Assembly (NCBI GenBank): GCA_030835085.1
Contig: JAUQWQ010000158.1
Span: 70,892 to 134,891, forward strand
Length of the DNA stretch: 64,000 bases
DNA from: Ignavibacteria bacterium
GTDB taxonomy: Bacteria; Bacteroidota; Ignavibacteria; Tepidaquicellales; OLB5
Reading direction: 5' to 3'
Position 1 is the first letter of the stretch. Each line of letters begins with the position of its first letter. The notes under the pieces are model-generated. The model was not told where the DNA came from. It did not search any database and was given only the letters and a program-made list of their open reading frames with translations. Shown here piece by piece: positions 20,449-30,667 of this stretch. The translations under genes were made by a program, and so were the position numbers.

Positions 20449-22257
20449 TTAAACAAATGAATCTTTATACTGCAGCTGGTACAGCCTGGAATAGATTCCG
20501 CCAAGCTCAAGAAGCTGCTGATGGGTACCAGTTTCCCTGATTTCTCCTTTATGCATAACAATTATTTTGTCGCATTTCTGGATTGTTGAAAGTCTGTGTG
20601 CAATAATTATTGAAGTTCTGCCATCCATAAGCTTGTCAATTGCGTTCTGTATCAATATTTCACTGTGTGTATCTACGCTTGAGGTAGCTTCATCAAGTAT
20701 AAGAATTTTGGGATCATATGCCAGTGCCCTTGCGAAAGTTATTAGCTGCCGCTCACCCTGTGAGAGCGTCACACCCCGTTCTTTCACATTCTGACCATAA
20801 CCGAGGGGAAGCTTGCTTATAAAATGATCAATACCGATAACTAATGCTGCTTCTTTTATCCTGCTTTCAGGAATTGAATTATTATTGAGGCTTATATTAT
20901 TTGAGATCGAATCAGAAAAAAGGAATATATCCTGTACAACAAGTCCTATATTTTTTCTGAGCTCGCTTTGTTTAATATCTTTTATGTTTATACCGTCAAC
21001 GGTAATTTCACCAGCTTGTGCATCATAAAACCGGCACAGCAGGTTCATTATAGATGACTTCCCTGCTCCTGTTGCTCCTACGAATGCAACTTTTTCTCCC
21101 TGTTTGATATTAAATGAAATGTCTTTAAGGACATAATCTTGTTTTATATATGCGAAAGAAACGTTTTTAAACTCAATGTTTCCTTTGCAATTATTCAGCG
21201 GAATTGGTTTTTCGGAGTCTTTGATAACAGCCTGGCGGTCAAGAAGTTTAAATATCCTTTCAGATGAAGCCATTGCTGTCTGCATGATATTATATTTTTC
21301 TGAAAGGTCCCTGATTGGCCTGAAAAACATTTCGGAATATTGAATGAACGATATAAGTATTCCGATAGTTAAAGCCCCTTTGATTGCTTCACCTCCGCCA
21401 TACCAGATAATAAGGGCACCTGATACAGCGCCGATAAGCTCTACAACAGGGAAAAATATTGAATAATAGAAAACAGATTTTTTATTGGCTTTGGTATGAT
21501 CGTAATTAATTTTTTTAAAATCTTCAAGAGTTCTTTTTTCTTTGCTGAAAATTTTTACAACAAGTATACCGCTGATATGTTCCTGCAGGAATGAATTCAT
21601 CTTAGCAAGGTAGAATCTGACATCCCGGAAAGCTGTACGCACTTTGCGCCTGAATATTACAGTTGCGTAAATAAGGGGAAATACTACCGATAAAGCAATC
21701 AGGGTTAATTGCCAGCTTAAACTGAACATAAAAAATAAGATCCCGCCGATTATGAATACATCAGCAAAGACCATTACAATACCGCTTGAAAACATTTCAT
21801 TCAGAACTTCTATATCATTTGTAAGCCTGGTAACAAGCCTTCCAACCGGATTTTTATCAAAAAAACTCATGGATAGTTTCTGGATATGCTCAAAAAGCTC
21901 CATTCTCAGGTCATATATGGTTTTTTGCCCTATCCATTGGGTTAGATAAGTCATTGTATACTGAAGCAGTCCCTGGAAAATCAATGTAGCTAGTAATATA
22001 AGAATTATTTTTGTAAGTCCGGCAGAATCTTTATTAACAATATAATTATCAATAGCAATTTTTGTTAAATATGGTCTGATAGTACTTAACATTGCAACGC
22101 CAATTGTGAGAATTATGGCAATAATTACCCACTTAGTATAAGGTTTAAGGTACCTTATAAGCCGTTTCATTAAACGGGCATCATAAGCTTTACCAAGAAC
22201 TTCTTCCTGCTCGTTATCTTCGTGTTCAACGGTATTTTTTTTCTTTTCTTCTGCCAA
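20449..22257 (-). CDS. ABC exporter fused permease/ATPase (MdlB/YheH-like half)
   Basis: TM domain, GATGAGKS, LSQGERQ, ILDEATS, IAHRLST. Confidence 0.92.
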   Translation of the reverse strand: MAEEKKKNTVEHEDNEQEEVLGKAYDARLMKRLIRYLKPYTKWVIIAIILTIGVAMLSTIRPYLTKIAIDNYIVNKDSAGLTKIILILLATLIFQGLLQYTMTYLTQWIGQKTIYDLRMELFEHIQKLSMSFFDKNPVGRLVTRLTNDIEVLNEMFSSGIVMVFADVFIIGGILFFMFSLSWQLTLIALSVVFPLIYATVIFRRKVRTAFRDVRFYLAKMNSFLQEHISGILVVKIFSKEKRTLEDFKKINYDHTKANKKSVFYYSIFFPVVELIGAVSGALIIWYGGGEAIKGALTIGILISFIQYSEMFFRPIRDLSEKYNIMQTAMASSERIFKLLDRQAVIKDSEKPIPLNNCKGNIEFKNVSFAYIKQDYVLKDISFNIKQGEKVAFVGATGAGKSSIMNLLCRFYDAQAGEITVDGINIKDIKQSELRKNIGLVVQDIFLFSDSISNNISLNNNSIPESRIKEAALVIGIDHFISKLPLGYGQNVKERGVTLSQGERQLITFARALAYDPKILILDEATSSVDTHSEILIQNAIDKLMDGRTSIIIAHRLSTIQKCDKIIVMHKGEIRETGTHQQLLELGGIYSRLYQLQYKDSFV

Positions 22258-22281
22258 GCTAATAATTATTCCGGGAAATTT

Positions 22282-24051
22282 TCATTCAAGTTCTTTAAGT
22301 TCATCTTCAAGCAGCTGCTTCAGGTAAATATCAGCATATATTCCTTCTTTCTGAACCAATTCCTCATGGGTACCTTCTTCAGCAACAGTGCCTTCTTTAA
22401 GTACAATTATCCTGTCCGCGTTCTTAAGAGTGGAAATTCTATGGCTGATAAGTATTGTTGTTCTGCCCCGCATAACATCTTTCAAGCCTTTCAGGATCTC
22501 TTCTTCCGTATATGTATCCACCGCGGAAAATGCGTCATCCAGAATCAGGATTTCAGGGTCAGCGGTTATTGCCCGGGCAATTGAAGTTCTTTGTTTCTGC
22601 CCTCCGGATAGATTTATACCGCGCTCACCAAGCATTGTATCAAATCTTTTGGGGAAATTATCAACATCTTTATATATCTGCGATATTTTTGCCGCTGAAA
22701 TAATTTTTTCTTTATCAAAAATATTTTCGGCATAAGCTATATTATTTTCTATAGTATCACTGAAAAGAAAAGTTTCCTGGGGCACAGCCCCTATGGAGGT
22801 TCTTAATTCATTTAAGCCGTATGACTTTACATTTCTGCCATCTATTAACAGTTCACCGTCTTCTATATCAAATAATCTTGAAATAAGATTAGCAAAAGTC
22901 GTTTTGCCTGAACCTGTGTGCCCTATTATACCGATAGTTTCACCGGCTTTTATTTTAACATTTACATTTTTCAAAACATAAGGAAAGTTATGGTGATACC
23001 TGAAATTAACGTTCCGGAACTCAATTTCACCTTTAATTTTTCTCAGTTCACCGGGTTTCCCGTTTGTATTCTCACCGGCTTCAAGCGGACTTTCAATACC
23101 CGGTTTACTGTCAAAAACTTCACAAAGCCGTTTCATGGATGCTTCGGCACGTTGCGTGAGGTTTATTATCCATCCAAGAGAAATGATGGGCCATGTAAGC
23201 AGGCCGAGATAAATAATAAAGGCAGTAAGCTCTCCAATAGTGAGCTCTCCGTCAATTATTTTATTTCCTCCTGCATATAACACTACTATAATTGAAAAGC
23301 CTGTTAAAAGGAACATTATCGGATATGAAAACGACTGAACTTTAGCAAGTTCCAGGTTCTTTTTCATATATTCAGCTGACATTTTTTTAAACCCGTCGGT
23401 TTCGCTGCTTTCCCGCACATATGCTTTTACTACTTTTATACCTGAAAGATTTTCCTGAACTTTTGTAGTAAGATCAGAAAACTGTTCCTGAACTTTTTCA
23501 AATTTATAATTTATACTCTTGCCTATTCTGTATACTACATATGAAATGAGAGGTATTGGTACAATAGCAATTAGTGTAAGTTCTGCATTGAACGAGAACA
23601 TAAGCGATATTGCCATAGAAAAGTTTATAAAGGTTTCAGCGGTATACATAATACCGGGTCCCAGGAAATTCCTGACAGCTGAAATATCGTTAGTAGCTAA
23701 TGCCATTATATCACCTGTCGGGTGGAAATGAAAATACTGCTGATCCTGCTGAAGGATATGCGCGAAAAAATCATTCCTGAGGTCATTTTCAATTTCCCGG
23801 GAAACTACTATAATCATTTGACGGGTAAGATAAAGGAAAACACCGCTTATTATTGCAAATCCGACAGTAAGCAAAGCATAATTCAGAAGGGATGTTCCTT
23901 CAGTATGATCTTTGATCCTGTCAATAGCTTTGGAAATAACAAACGGGATAAGATTTGTGAAAACCGCGCTCAGGGTAATTACAACAAACCCTATAATGAG
24001 CATTTTCCTGTATCTTTTCAGATATGGTAAAAGACGCCTGAGATAAATCAT
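22282..24051 (-). CDS. ABC exporter fused permease/ATPase (MdlA/YheI-like half with degenerate site)
   Basis: GHTGSGKT, LSGGQKQR, degenerate Walker B ILDDAFS, SHRIS. Confidence 0.92.
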   Translation of the reverse strand: MIYLRRLLPYLKRYRKMLIIGFVVITLSAVFTNLIPFVISKAIDRIKDHTEGTSLLNYALLTVGFAIISGVFLYLTRQMIIVVSREIENDLRNDFFAHILQQDQQYFHFHPTGDIMALATNDISAVRNFLGPGIMYTAETFINFSMAISLMFSFNAELTLIAIVPIPLISYVVYRIGKSINYKFEKVQEQFSDLTTKVQENLSGIKVVKAYVRESSETDGFKKMSAEYMKKNLELAKVQSFSYPIMFLLTGFSIIVVLYAGGNKIIDGELTIGELTAFIIYLGLLTWPIISLGWIINLTQRAEASMKRLCEVFDSKPGIESPLEAGENTNGKPGELRKIKGEIEFRNVNFRYHHNFPYVLKNVNVKIKAGETIGIIGHTGSGKTTFANLISRLFDIEDGELLIDGRNVKSYGLNELRTSIGAVPQETFLFSDTIENNIAYAENIFDKEKIISAAKISQIYKDVDNFPKRFDTMLGERGINLSGGQKQRTSIARAITADPEILILDDAFSAVDTYTEEEILKGLKDVMRGRTTILISHRISTLKNADRIIVLKEGTVAEEGTHEELVQKEGIYADIYLKQLLEDELKELE

Positions 24052-24091
24052 TGGTACAAAATTAGGGTAAATGTAAAATTGTTGCTATACT

Positions 24092-24131
24092 AAAAAACAA
24101 GCCCTGCCGGTGTTAAATCCCGGGCAGGGCT
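24092..24131 (-). terminator. Terminator ending the T9SS cargo array
   Basis: AGCCCTGCC...GGCAGGGCT stem followed on the minus strand by TGTTTTTT. Confidence 0.7.
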
Positions 24132-24211
24132 GCTCAATTAACGGGAAACCTAACAGTGGTACCCTGATGAAACAAAAAATCATAATTCAGATAATTATAT
24201 TCGTGAAAATG

Positions 24212-26044
24212 TTATTTAACCAGGATCATTTTTTTCATCTCAGTAAAATCACCGGCGGTTAATTTATAAAAATAAATACCGCTGGAAAGACCATCTGCCT
24301 GAAAATCCGTTTCATAACTGCCCGGTTTTAACTGACCTGATAGCAGTATTTTGACTTCTTTACCCAGCACGTCATATACTGTAAGCATAGTTGAAACCAA
24401 ACCTGTGCTGTTTCCTTGTGCCGGTATGCTGAACCTGATATTTGTTACAGGGTTAAACGGGTTAGGATAGTTTTGGTGTAATATAAAACCAGCGGGTATT
24501 TCATTATTGACTGGCTGAATTCCTGTAACATTGCTGCCGAAATTGTATTTAAATACTCTGTATGAAAATACACCAGTTGAAAATGATATTTCCAGGGCTT
24601 TGGAACCGTCAGGTTTCACCTCAGTAAAAGTTGGATTGGTTGAGCCCCAGCTGATCAAGGTATTACCGTTTTCCAGTCTTTGGGCAAATCCCATTGCATT
24701 ACCATAAATAAAAGGGGTATTTTTGTACTCCCATACTTTTGTTGCTATTTTATTTGATTCATCAAGGATATACTCAACTGCACGTGAATTCTGCGGTATA
24801 TGATAATTGCCATTATCAAATAATATAATGTTCCCGTTCATTAATCTTCGTATACCGTGCTGGTGTGAGAACCTAAATGGATCATTGGGGAACTGAAACT
24901 CATTTTTTTTACCGCCTAATCTCCAAATAATTTCTCCGGTGCTCCTGCTGATTTTTGTAATTTCATCAAGATGCCTGGAGGAAAGGAGTATATTTCCGTC
25001 ATTATCCATTTCCAATGCATTGCCGTGAATGTAATCTATCTCTTCAGCAGTAAAATCTTCGTGTGTTGCATCAAGTATGGGTATATGATCCCAGCTTCTC
25101 CACTGAAAAACAACATTTTTATTTTCGTCAATTTCCTGAATGATAAGGCCGGTTACCAGCGCATTTGGGTTGCCCCCGGGATACAGCAGTGACATATCGA
25201 TAACCTGTTTATCATAGCTTATAAGCAAAGCATGCCTGTTTGGAAGGACCCTGAGCTCATGAATATCTGTTAAATACCCGTTACCGGTATAAAAACTGTC
25301 TGTTATAATATAGCTGGTATCCATTTCAAAATATTTTCCTCTTACCCGGCTGAAATAAGTGAACCTTCCGTTAGGCTGCTGGTTAAAATCGAAGATCTGT
25401 CCTCCCATCTGCCTTGAAAAAACAACAGATGCGTCATTATTCATAATAATCAGATGCGGTGTATTGGGTATTTGAACATTAAATACAATATTACTAAATA
25501 AAATTTTACCGGGAGCGGGGTTATCTGAATAATTTACGGTTATTACAGGAAATGCTTCTGATTCATTTATTGAATTATCATTTAACTTTTTAAGCTGCTC
25601 AGAAGGTATTTCATTAACAAAACCCGAAAGCGGATCCTGGGGTAAGGATTCCTTTTGAATACGAAATGTATGTTTGAATGGTTTTATACTGCTGCCGTTG
25701 TTATATTTTATACCGCTTAGAAAATGTATAGTAATTACTTCATCATTTTTAAAATTTTCTGTTGGTTTAATTACAAATAAATTTTCTTTATTTATATAAA
25801 TATGTTCGTATTGATATTTACCGCTGAAGCTTCCTGTAATTTCAATTGCTGAGTTTTTTATAAGTGAAGTGATATCAATATTTCCATCTACTTTAAACGA
25901 TATAGTAGAATTATTTTTTACAAATTGTGCATTTGATTTTGGCTCAATGTAAGAAAAAATTCCATTTTGAGAATAGTTATCAGTTGCAAGGGTTAAAAAA
26001 ACAATGCTGAAAAAAATTGCAGAAAATTTTAAAATATTTTTCAT
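24212..26044 (-). CDS. Arylsulfotransferase (ASST)-like protein with T9SS C-terminal domain
   Basis: TDIHELR, DYIHGNAL, SSRHLDEI, IIWRLGG, FSHQHG, FDNG, AQRLENGNTLI; [14 protein letters not shown]...KKMILVK; start MKNILK, alternative 26071. Confidence 0.85.
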   Translation of the reverse strand: MKNILKFSAIFFSIVFLTLATDNYSQNGIFSYIEPKSNAQFVKNNSTISFKVDGNIDITSLIKNSAIEITGSFSGKYQYEHIYINKENLFVIKPTENFKNDEVITIHFLSGIKYNNGSSIKPFKHTFRIQKESLPQDPLSGFVNEIPSEQLKKLNDNSINESEAFPVITVNYSDNPAPGKILFSNIVFNVQIPNTPHLIIMNNDASVVFSRQMGGQIFDFNQQPNGRFTYFSRVRGKYFEMDTSYIITDSFYTGNGYLTDIHELRVLPNRHALLISYDKQVIDMSLLYPGGNPNALVTGLIIQEIDENKNVVFQWRSWDHIPILDATHEDFTAEEIDYIHGNALEMDNDGNILLSSRHLDEITKISRSTGEIIWRLGGKKNEFQFPNDPFRFSHQHGIRRLMNGNIILFDNGNYHIPQNSRAVEYILDESNKIATKVWEYKNTPFIYGNAMGFAQRLENGNTLISWGSTNPTFTEVKPDGSKALEISFSTGVFSYRVFKYNFGSNVTGIQPVNNEIPAGFILHQNYPNPFNPVTNIRFSIPAQGNSTGLVSTMLTVYDVLGKEVKILLSGQLKPGSYETDFQADGLSSGIYFYKLTAGDFTEMKKMILVK

Positions 26045-26381
26045 AGATAAATTAATGTTAATAAAAGGCATAAAGCAATCTACGTTTTTATTGCGATTCT
26101 AACAATATATAATATTTCAGAAAAGTTAATTAAAAAGGTTAATGCTATTTTGATAAAAATACTAAAATGTATTGAAAGATAGTAGAAGAAAAAGTTAGAC
26201 TATGCAGTATTATTTACCTTTTTAAAATGTTATAAGAATATTTGTAGGAAAATGCTTACATGATATTATGTTTTCAGAGAAAAAAACCGGAATTAAATCA
26301 GGTACTAAAAAAATATTCAAGCAAGCAGTAAGTGATTTAAGCTGTAACTGATTGATATTATCAAATAGATACAATAAAACT

Positions 26382-28181
26382 TTATTTCACAAGTATCATT
26401 TTTTTTGTATCACTAAAATTTCCCATTTTTACCGTATAGAAATAAATACCGCTTGCTAAATTACTTCCATCAAATTTTACACTGTATGTTCCGGTTGAAT
26501 AATTATCATTTAAAAGGTTCTTAACATATGAGCCTTTAACATCATAAATATCAATAATAACATTTTGAACTGCGCTTTCATTAGCAAGGGCCGGTATTGT
26601 AAATTTTATGGTAGTTACAGGGTTAAACGGATTAGGATAATTCTGGATCAGACTGTATGCAGAAGGAAGTATTTCGCTGTTTGGAAGTTCCTTCCATGGG
26701 TATTTAAAAGCCCTGTAACTGAAGACGCCCTGCGGCATTGTCATCTCAAGAACCTTTGTGCCGTCATAACGTACCTCGCACAGAGTTGGATTGGTTAAGC
26801 CCCAGCAGATCAGGGTATTATTATTTTCAAGTCTCTGAACAAAACCTGTAGCAGGCGCATAAATATCCGGATCATTCCTGTATTGCCATACCAGGGTTGC
26901 GGTTTTATTTACTTCATCCAGTTTATATTCAACAGCCCGTGAATAGGGCGGATTATGAAAATTTCCGTTGTCAAATAAAGTAATGTTTCCGTTTTTGATC
27001 CTTCGGATAGCATGCTGATGGCTGAAACCGTCGGGATCGTTAATGAAAGTAAATTGATTATTTTCGCCTCCAAATCTCCATATAATCCTGCCGGTTTTCC
27101 GGTCAATTTTTGTTATCTCATCCATATTACGGGAGGAAATAAGCAAGTTTCCGTCATTATCAAGCTCAATAGCATTTGAATGGCAATAATCAATATTTGA
27201 TAATGCTAAATTTTCATGTGTCGCATCTGTAATTAAAAAATGGTCCCAGCTTCTGAACTGGAAAACAACATCTTTGTTTTCATCAAGTTCCTGGATAATT
27301 ATTCCGATCACGTTGACATTCATAGGAAATTCACCGCCAATATTAGCAATTGCCCTGTTATCATAGCTCATAAGCAAAAAATGACCATTATCCAGAATTC
27401 TTAACTCATGAAGATCTGTTGAGTAACCGTTGCCGCAATAAAAACTGTCAATAATTTCATAATTACCGTTCATAGCATAATACTTGCCCCTGGAATCGTC
27501 ATAGTATGTTAACATACCATTTGGCTGAATATTCAGATCAAAACATTCTTCAGGCATTTCCTTTGCAAAAACCAAATTTCCGTCATTATCCGCAATTAAC
27601 AAACACGGCGTATTACCAGGATCCGGCATCCTGGTGAGATTATTAAAAAATATTTTACCGGGTGAAGGATTATCTGAGTATGTTACCGTTAAAACCGGAA
27701 TACCTGATGTTGAAGATGAAGACTGGTTTATTAACGAACGTGATTCTTCATTGATTATTGACCTGTAATAATCAGAAAAAATATCTTTATTAATGGAGTT
27801 TCCTGTAACATAAAATTTATAAAAAAAGGGTTCAATTGAAGTACCATCGGTTTTTTTTACCAGGTTTGTAAAATACACATAAATACTATCAGGTGCTCTG
27901 AAATTGTTAATGGTTTTCAGAATAACCACCCTGCCGCCATCGCTTATTTTATATGAAAATGAATTTTCAATAATATTATTTGTCAGAATTTTTATTGCAC
28001 CTGTTTGAGATAAAGAAGAGATATTAATATCCGGTTTTGGTCTGATAATGATTGTTGTTTCTTCATTAATATATTTAGAACCGGGTAAAGGATCCAGATA
28101 ATCAAAATTGCGATAAGGGTCCTGGGCAAAAACAACTGAAAATTGTAAAGATAACAGAATAATACAATAAAATAATTTCAT
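26382..28181 (-). CDS. Arylsulfotransferase (ASST)-like paralog with T9SS C-terminal domain
   Basis: TDLHELR, DYCHSNAI, SSRNMDEI, FSHQHA, FDNG; [14 protein letters not shown]...KKMILVK. Confidence 0.85.
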   Translation of the reverse strand: MKLFYCIILLSLQFSVVFAQDPYRNFDYLDPLPGSKYINEETTIIIRPKPDINISSLSQTGAIKILTNNIIENSFSYKISDGGRVVILKTINNFRAPDSIYVYFTNLVKKTDGTSIEPFFYKFYVTGNSINKDIFSDYYRSIINEESRSLINQSSSSTSGIPVLTVTYSDNPSPGKIFFNNLTRMPDPGNTPCLLIADNDGNLVFAKEMPEECFDLNIQPNGMLTYYDDSRGKYYAMNGNYEIIDSFYCGNGYSTDLHELRILDNGHFLLMSYDNRAIANIGGEFPMNVNVIGIIIQELDENKDVVFQFRSWDHFLITDATHENLALSNIDYCHSNAIELDNDGNLLISSRNMDEITKIDRKTGRIIWRFGGENNQFTFINDPDGFSHQHAIRRIKNGNITLFDNGNFHNPPYSRAVEYKLDEVNKTATLVWQYRNDPDIYAPATGFVQRLENNNTLICWGLTNPTLCEVRYDGTKVLEMTMPQGVFSYRAFKYPWKELPNSEILPSAYSLIQNYPNPFNPVTTIKFTIPALANESAVQNVIIDIYDVKGSYVKNLLNDNYSTGTYSVKFDGSNLASGIYFYTVKMGNFSDTKKMILVK

Positions 28182-28403
28182 TTAAAAGTAGTATAATATA
28201 GAAATAATTAAACCAAAGTAGTAAAATTTAAATCATCATTCAACAGTGAAACTAATAATACATGCAGAATTTTAGATTAATCAAAAATCACTATCCATTA
28301 TTAAAATAACAATAGATTATACTACCTGATTTAGTTAAAATAAGAATTTTTTTTTGACCTGAATATAAGGTTTTTTAAACATTACTGTTAAATATCAGTT
28401 TTA

Positions 28404-29726
28404 TTATTTAATCAAAACCATTTTCCTTGTATCTGCGTAACTGCCGCTTTCAAGCCTGTAATAATACACGCCGCTTGGGTATGCAGATGCATTCCAATCC
28501 GCTTCATAAGTGCCCGGCGGCAATTGCTTATTGACAAGTACAGATACTTCCCGCCCCAGTATATCGTACACAGAAAGGATCGTCTGTGCAGCCGGATTTC
28601 CGTTAATTGCAAATTTTATTTTTGTTACAGGGTTGAACGGATTCGGGTAATTCTGAGAAAGAGAAAATCTTTCAGACACAGTATTTATATTATTTACACG
28701 TATTGGATCAAGGGTATTAAGCACATAAAATCCGTCATAAATATCAGATGCTATAATTTTGCCGGAAGGGAAAAAATATACCTGCCAGCAGGCAGTAGTT
28801 TTAAATGAGGCAATTTCCACAGGATGAACAGGGTCCCTGATATCCAGAACAATAGCTCCTTCACCATAATACGAAAGGAAAGCATAGTTGCCAAAAATTT
28901 CCACGTTATGAACTGATTCAGAAGTACCGTTTACTTTCCATTCACTCGCAAAAATAATGTCATTTTTATCGGTAATATTCCAGATTTTTAATTTACCCGG
29001 AACATTAAAATTTTCATCACAAACAAAAAGATATTTATGGTCTTCAGTAAGAGCACAATTGTGCGGAACAGGGTACAAACCATTTACCCATGATGTAATT
29101 GTTCGCAGGCTGCTTTTATCAACAGCATCTATCACACTAATTTTACCTGTTAAAGGATTGCAGGCCCAAATAGTATCATTTACAACCCTGCAGTCATGTA
29201 CATAATCTTCCTGCCACTCACCAAGTTTTAAAGGTCTCTCAGGATCAGCTCCGGCATCCAGTACAACAATTCCGCCTTCCCTGTAATTTCCGCCGTTGAT
29301 ATAAAGATACCTTCCGTTTTGTGAAATTGTATGCGCCCTTCTGAAACCGTTAAAAAAATATGTATTGACCGGATCAACAGTATTGGGAAGTCCTGAAAGA
29401 TCAACCACCTGCATTCCGCTGCTGTCTGCTTCTGATACTATATAAAGGTAATTTTTGTAGATCTTCATTTCCCGCCAGCCGCTCAAGCGGCCAGGAAGAA
29501 ATACCACTTCTTCGATGTTATTTTCATCGGTTATATCAACTATTGAAGTACCTTCATACCATCCGTATATTGCATACTCTCTTCCGCCTGCTTCATATCC
29601 CCAGCAGGATGAATGATATGTATTATGATTAAAATGCGCAAGCACTCTTATGTTATGACTTTGCTGAGCAGTAACATTACATTCCCAAAGTAATAATACA
29701 GCAATTATTTTTAACAAACTTCTCAC
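28404..29726 (-). CDS. Choice-of-anchor B / LVIVD-repeat protein with T9SS CTD
   Basis: SCWGY..GREYA, WREMK, MQVVDLS, AHTI, YVHD, PHN, VHN, LSYY; [14 protein letters not shown]. Confidence 0.8.
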   Translation of the reverse strand: MRSLLKIIAVLLLWECNVTAQQSHNIRVLAHFNHNTYHSSCWGYEAGGREYAIYGWYEGTSIVDITDENNIEEVVFLPGRLSGWREMKIYKNYLYIVSEADSSGMQVVDLSGLPNTVDPVNTYFFNGFRRAHTISQNGRYLYINGGNYREGGIVVLDAGADPERPLKLGEWQEDYVHDCRVVNDTIWACNPLTGKISVIDAVDKSSLRTITSWVNGLYPVPHNCALTEDHKYLFVCDENFNVPGKLKIWNITDKNDIIFASEWKVNGTSESVHNVEIFGNYAFLSYYGEGAIVLDIRDPVHPVEIASFKTTACWQVYFFPSGKIIASDIYDGFYVLNTLDPIRVNNINTVSERFSLSQNYPNPFNPVTKIKFAINGNPAAQTILSVYDILGREVSVLVNKQLPPGTYEADWNASAYPSGVYYYRLESGSYADTRKMVLIK

Positions 29727-30667
29727 TTTAGGTAAATCATTTTCCTGGTTTCACTGAAAATTCCGCTTTCCAGCCTGTAATAATACACTCCGCTTGGGCA
29801 TGTTGATGCGTCCCAATCAGCTTCATAACTGCCGGGCTGGAGCTGCTCATTCACAAGCACTTGTACTTCTTTGCCAAGTGCATCATACACTGTAAGTTTT
29901 ACCAATCCGTATTCGGCAACCCGAAATCCGAAATGAGTAACAGGGTTAAACGGGTTAGGATAATTTTGTGACAATGAAAAATTTTCCGGGATTTCAGTGC
30001 TAAGCTGGTTAATACCAACAAGTATGCTTGTATCACCGTAAGTAACACCATTTATGATACAGCCCCGCAGCGTATCATATGATTGATTCATTTGGTAACC
30101 ATAACTGCTGAAAACAATTCCGATCCCCTTTACATAAATTGTACCATACCCGGGTCCAAAGAATTCAGCATAATTTTTTGAAGGGTACGATGTTCCAAAT
30201 AAAGTATAATTTGAAGTATCAGCGCATACGCTGTTTGCTGTGTAGAATTCAAACGGACATATTTTTAATGTATCATTTTTTTTGGCTTTTAAGCTGTCGA
30301 TCACCCATTCATTCCGGCTGCAATATGACTGTAGCTTATATATATTCATTGATGATGAATCAATCCTGATGTATCGGTCAAACTGCATTACACCCGATGA
30401 CAATGTGCCGCTTATCATATGTAAACTTACCGATACTTCATAATATCTGTGTCCAAGTGTATCTTTAGTACCAGTAATAGTATATACCTGATAAGACCTG
30501 CCGTATGCTGTATACCCTGAAGCTGTGCCCCTGTATACCCATTTATTCCCCACCTGCAATGGAAAATATTTTGCTGTTTCCCCATCCCAGGCAGATCTTA
30601 CCACATTGCTCTGAAAGAGGAAACAAGCTGCACTAATTATTAATAATATTATATAAATTCTTTTCAT
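29723..30667 (-). CDS. T9SS cargo, PLxVGN-family paralog
   Basis: Signal peptide; YFPLQVGNKWVY, RIDS, IDSL, YVKGIG, LRGCIINGVTYGDT; CTD. Confidence 0.85.
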   Translation of the reverse strand: MKRIYIILLIISAACFLFQSNVVRSAWDGETAKYFPLQVGNKWVYRGTASGYTAYGRSYQVYTITGTKDTLGHRYYEVSVSLHMISGTLSSGVMQFDRYIRIDSSSMNIYKLQSYCSRNEWVIDSLKAKKNDTLKICPFEFYTANSVCADTSNYTLFGTSYPSKNYAEFFGPGYGTIYVKGIGIVFSSYGYQMNQSYDTLRGCIINGVTYGDTSILVGINQLSTEIPENFSLSQNYPNPFNPVTHFGFRVAEYGLVKLTVYDALGKEVQVLVNEQLQPGSYEADWDASTCPSGVYYYRLESGIFSETRKMIYLK

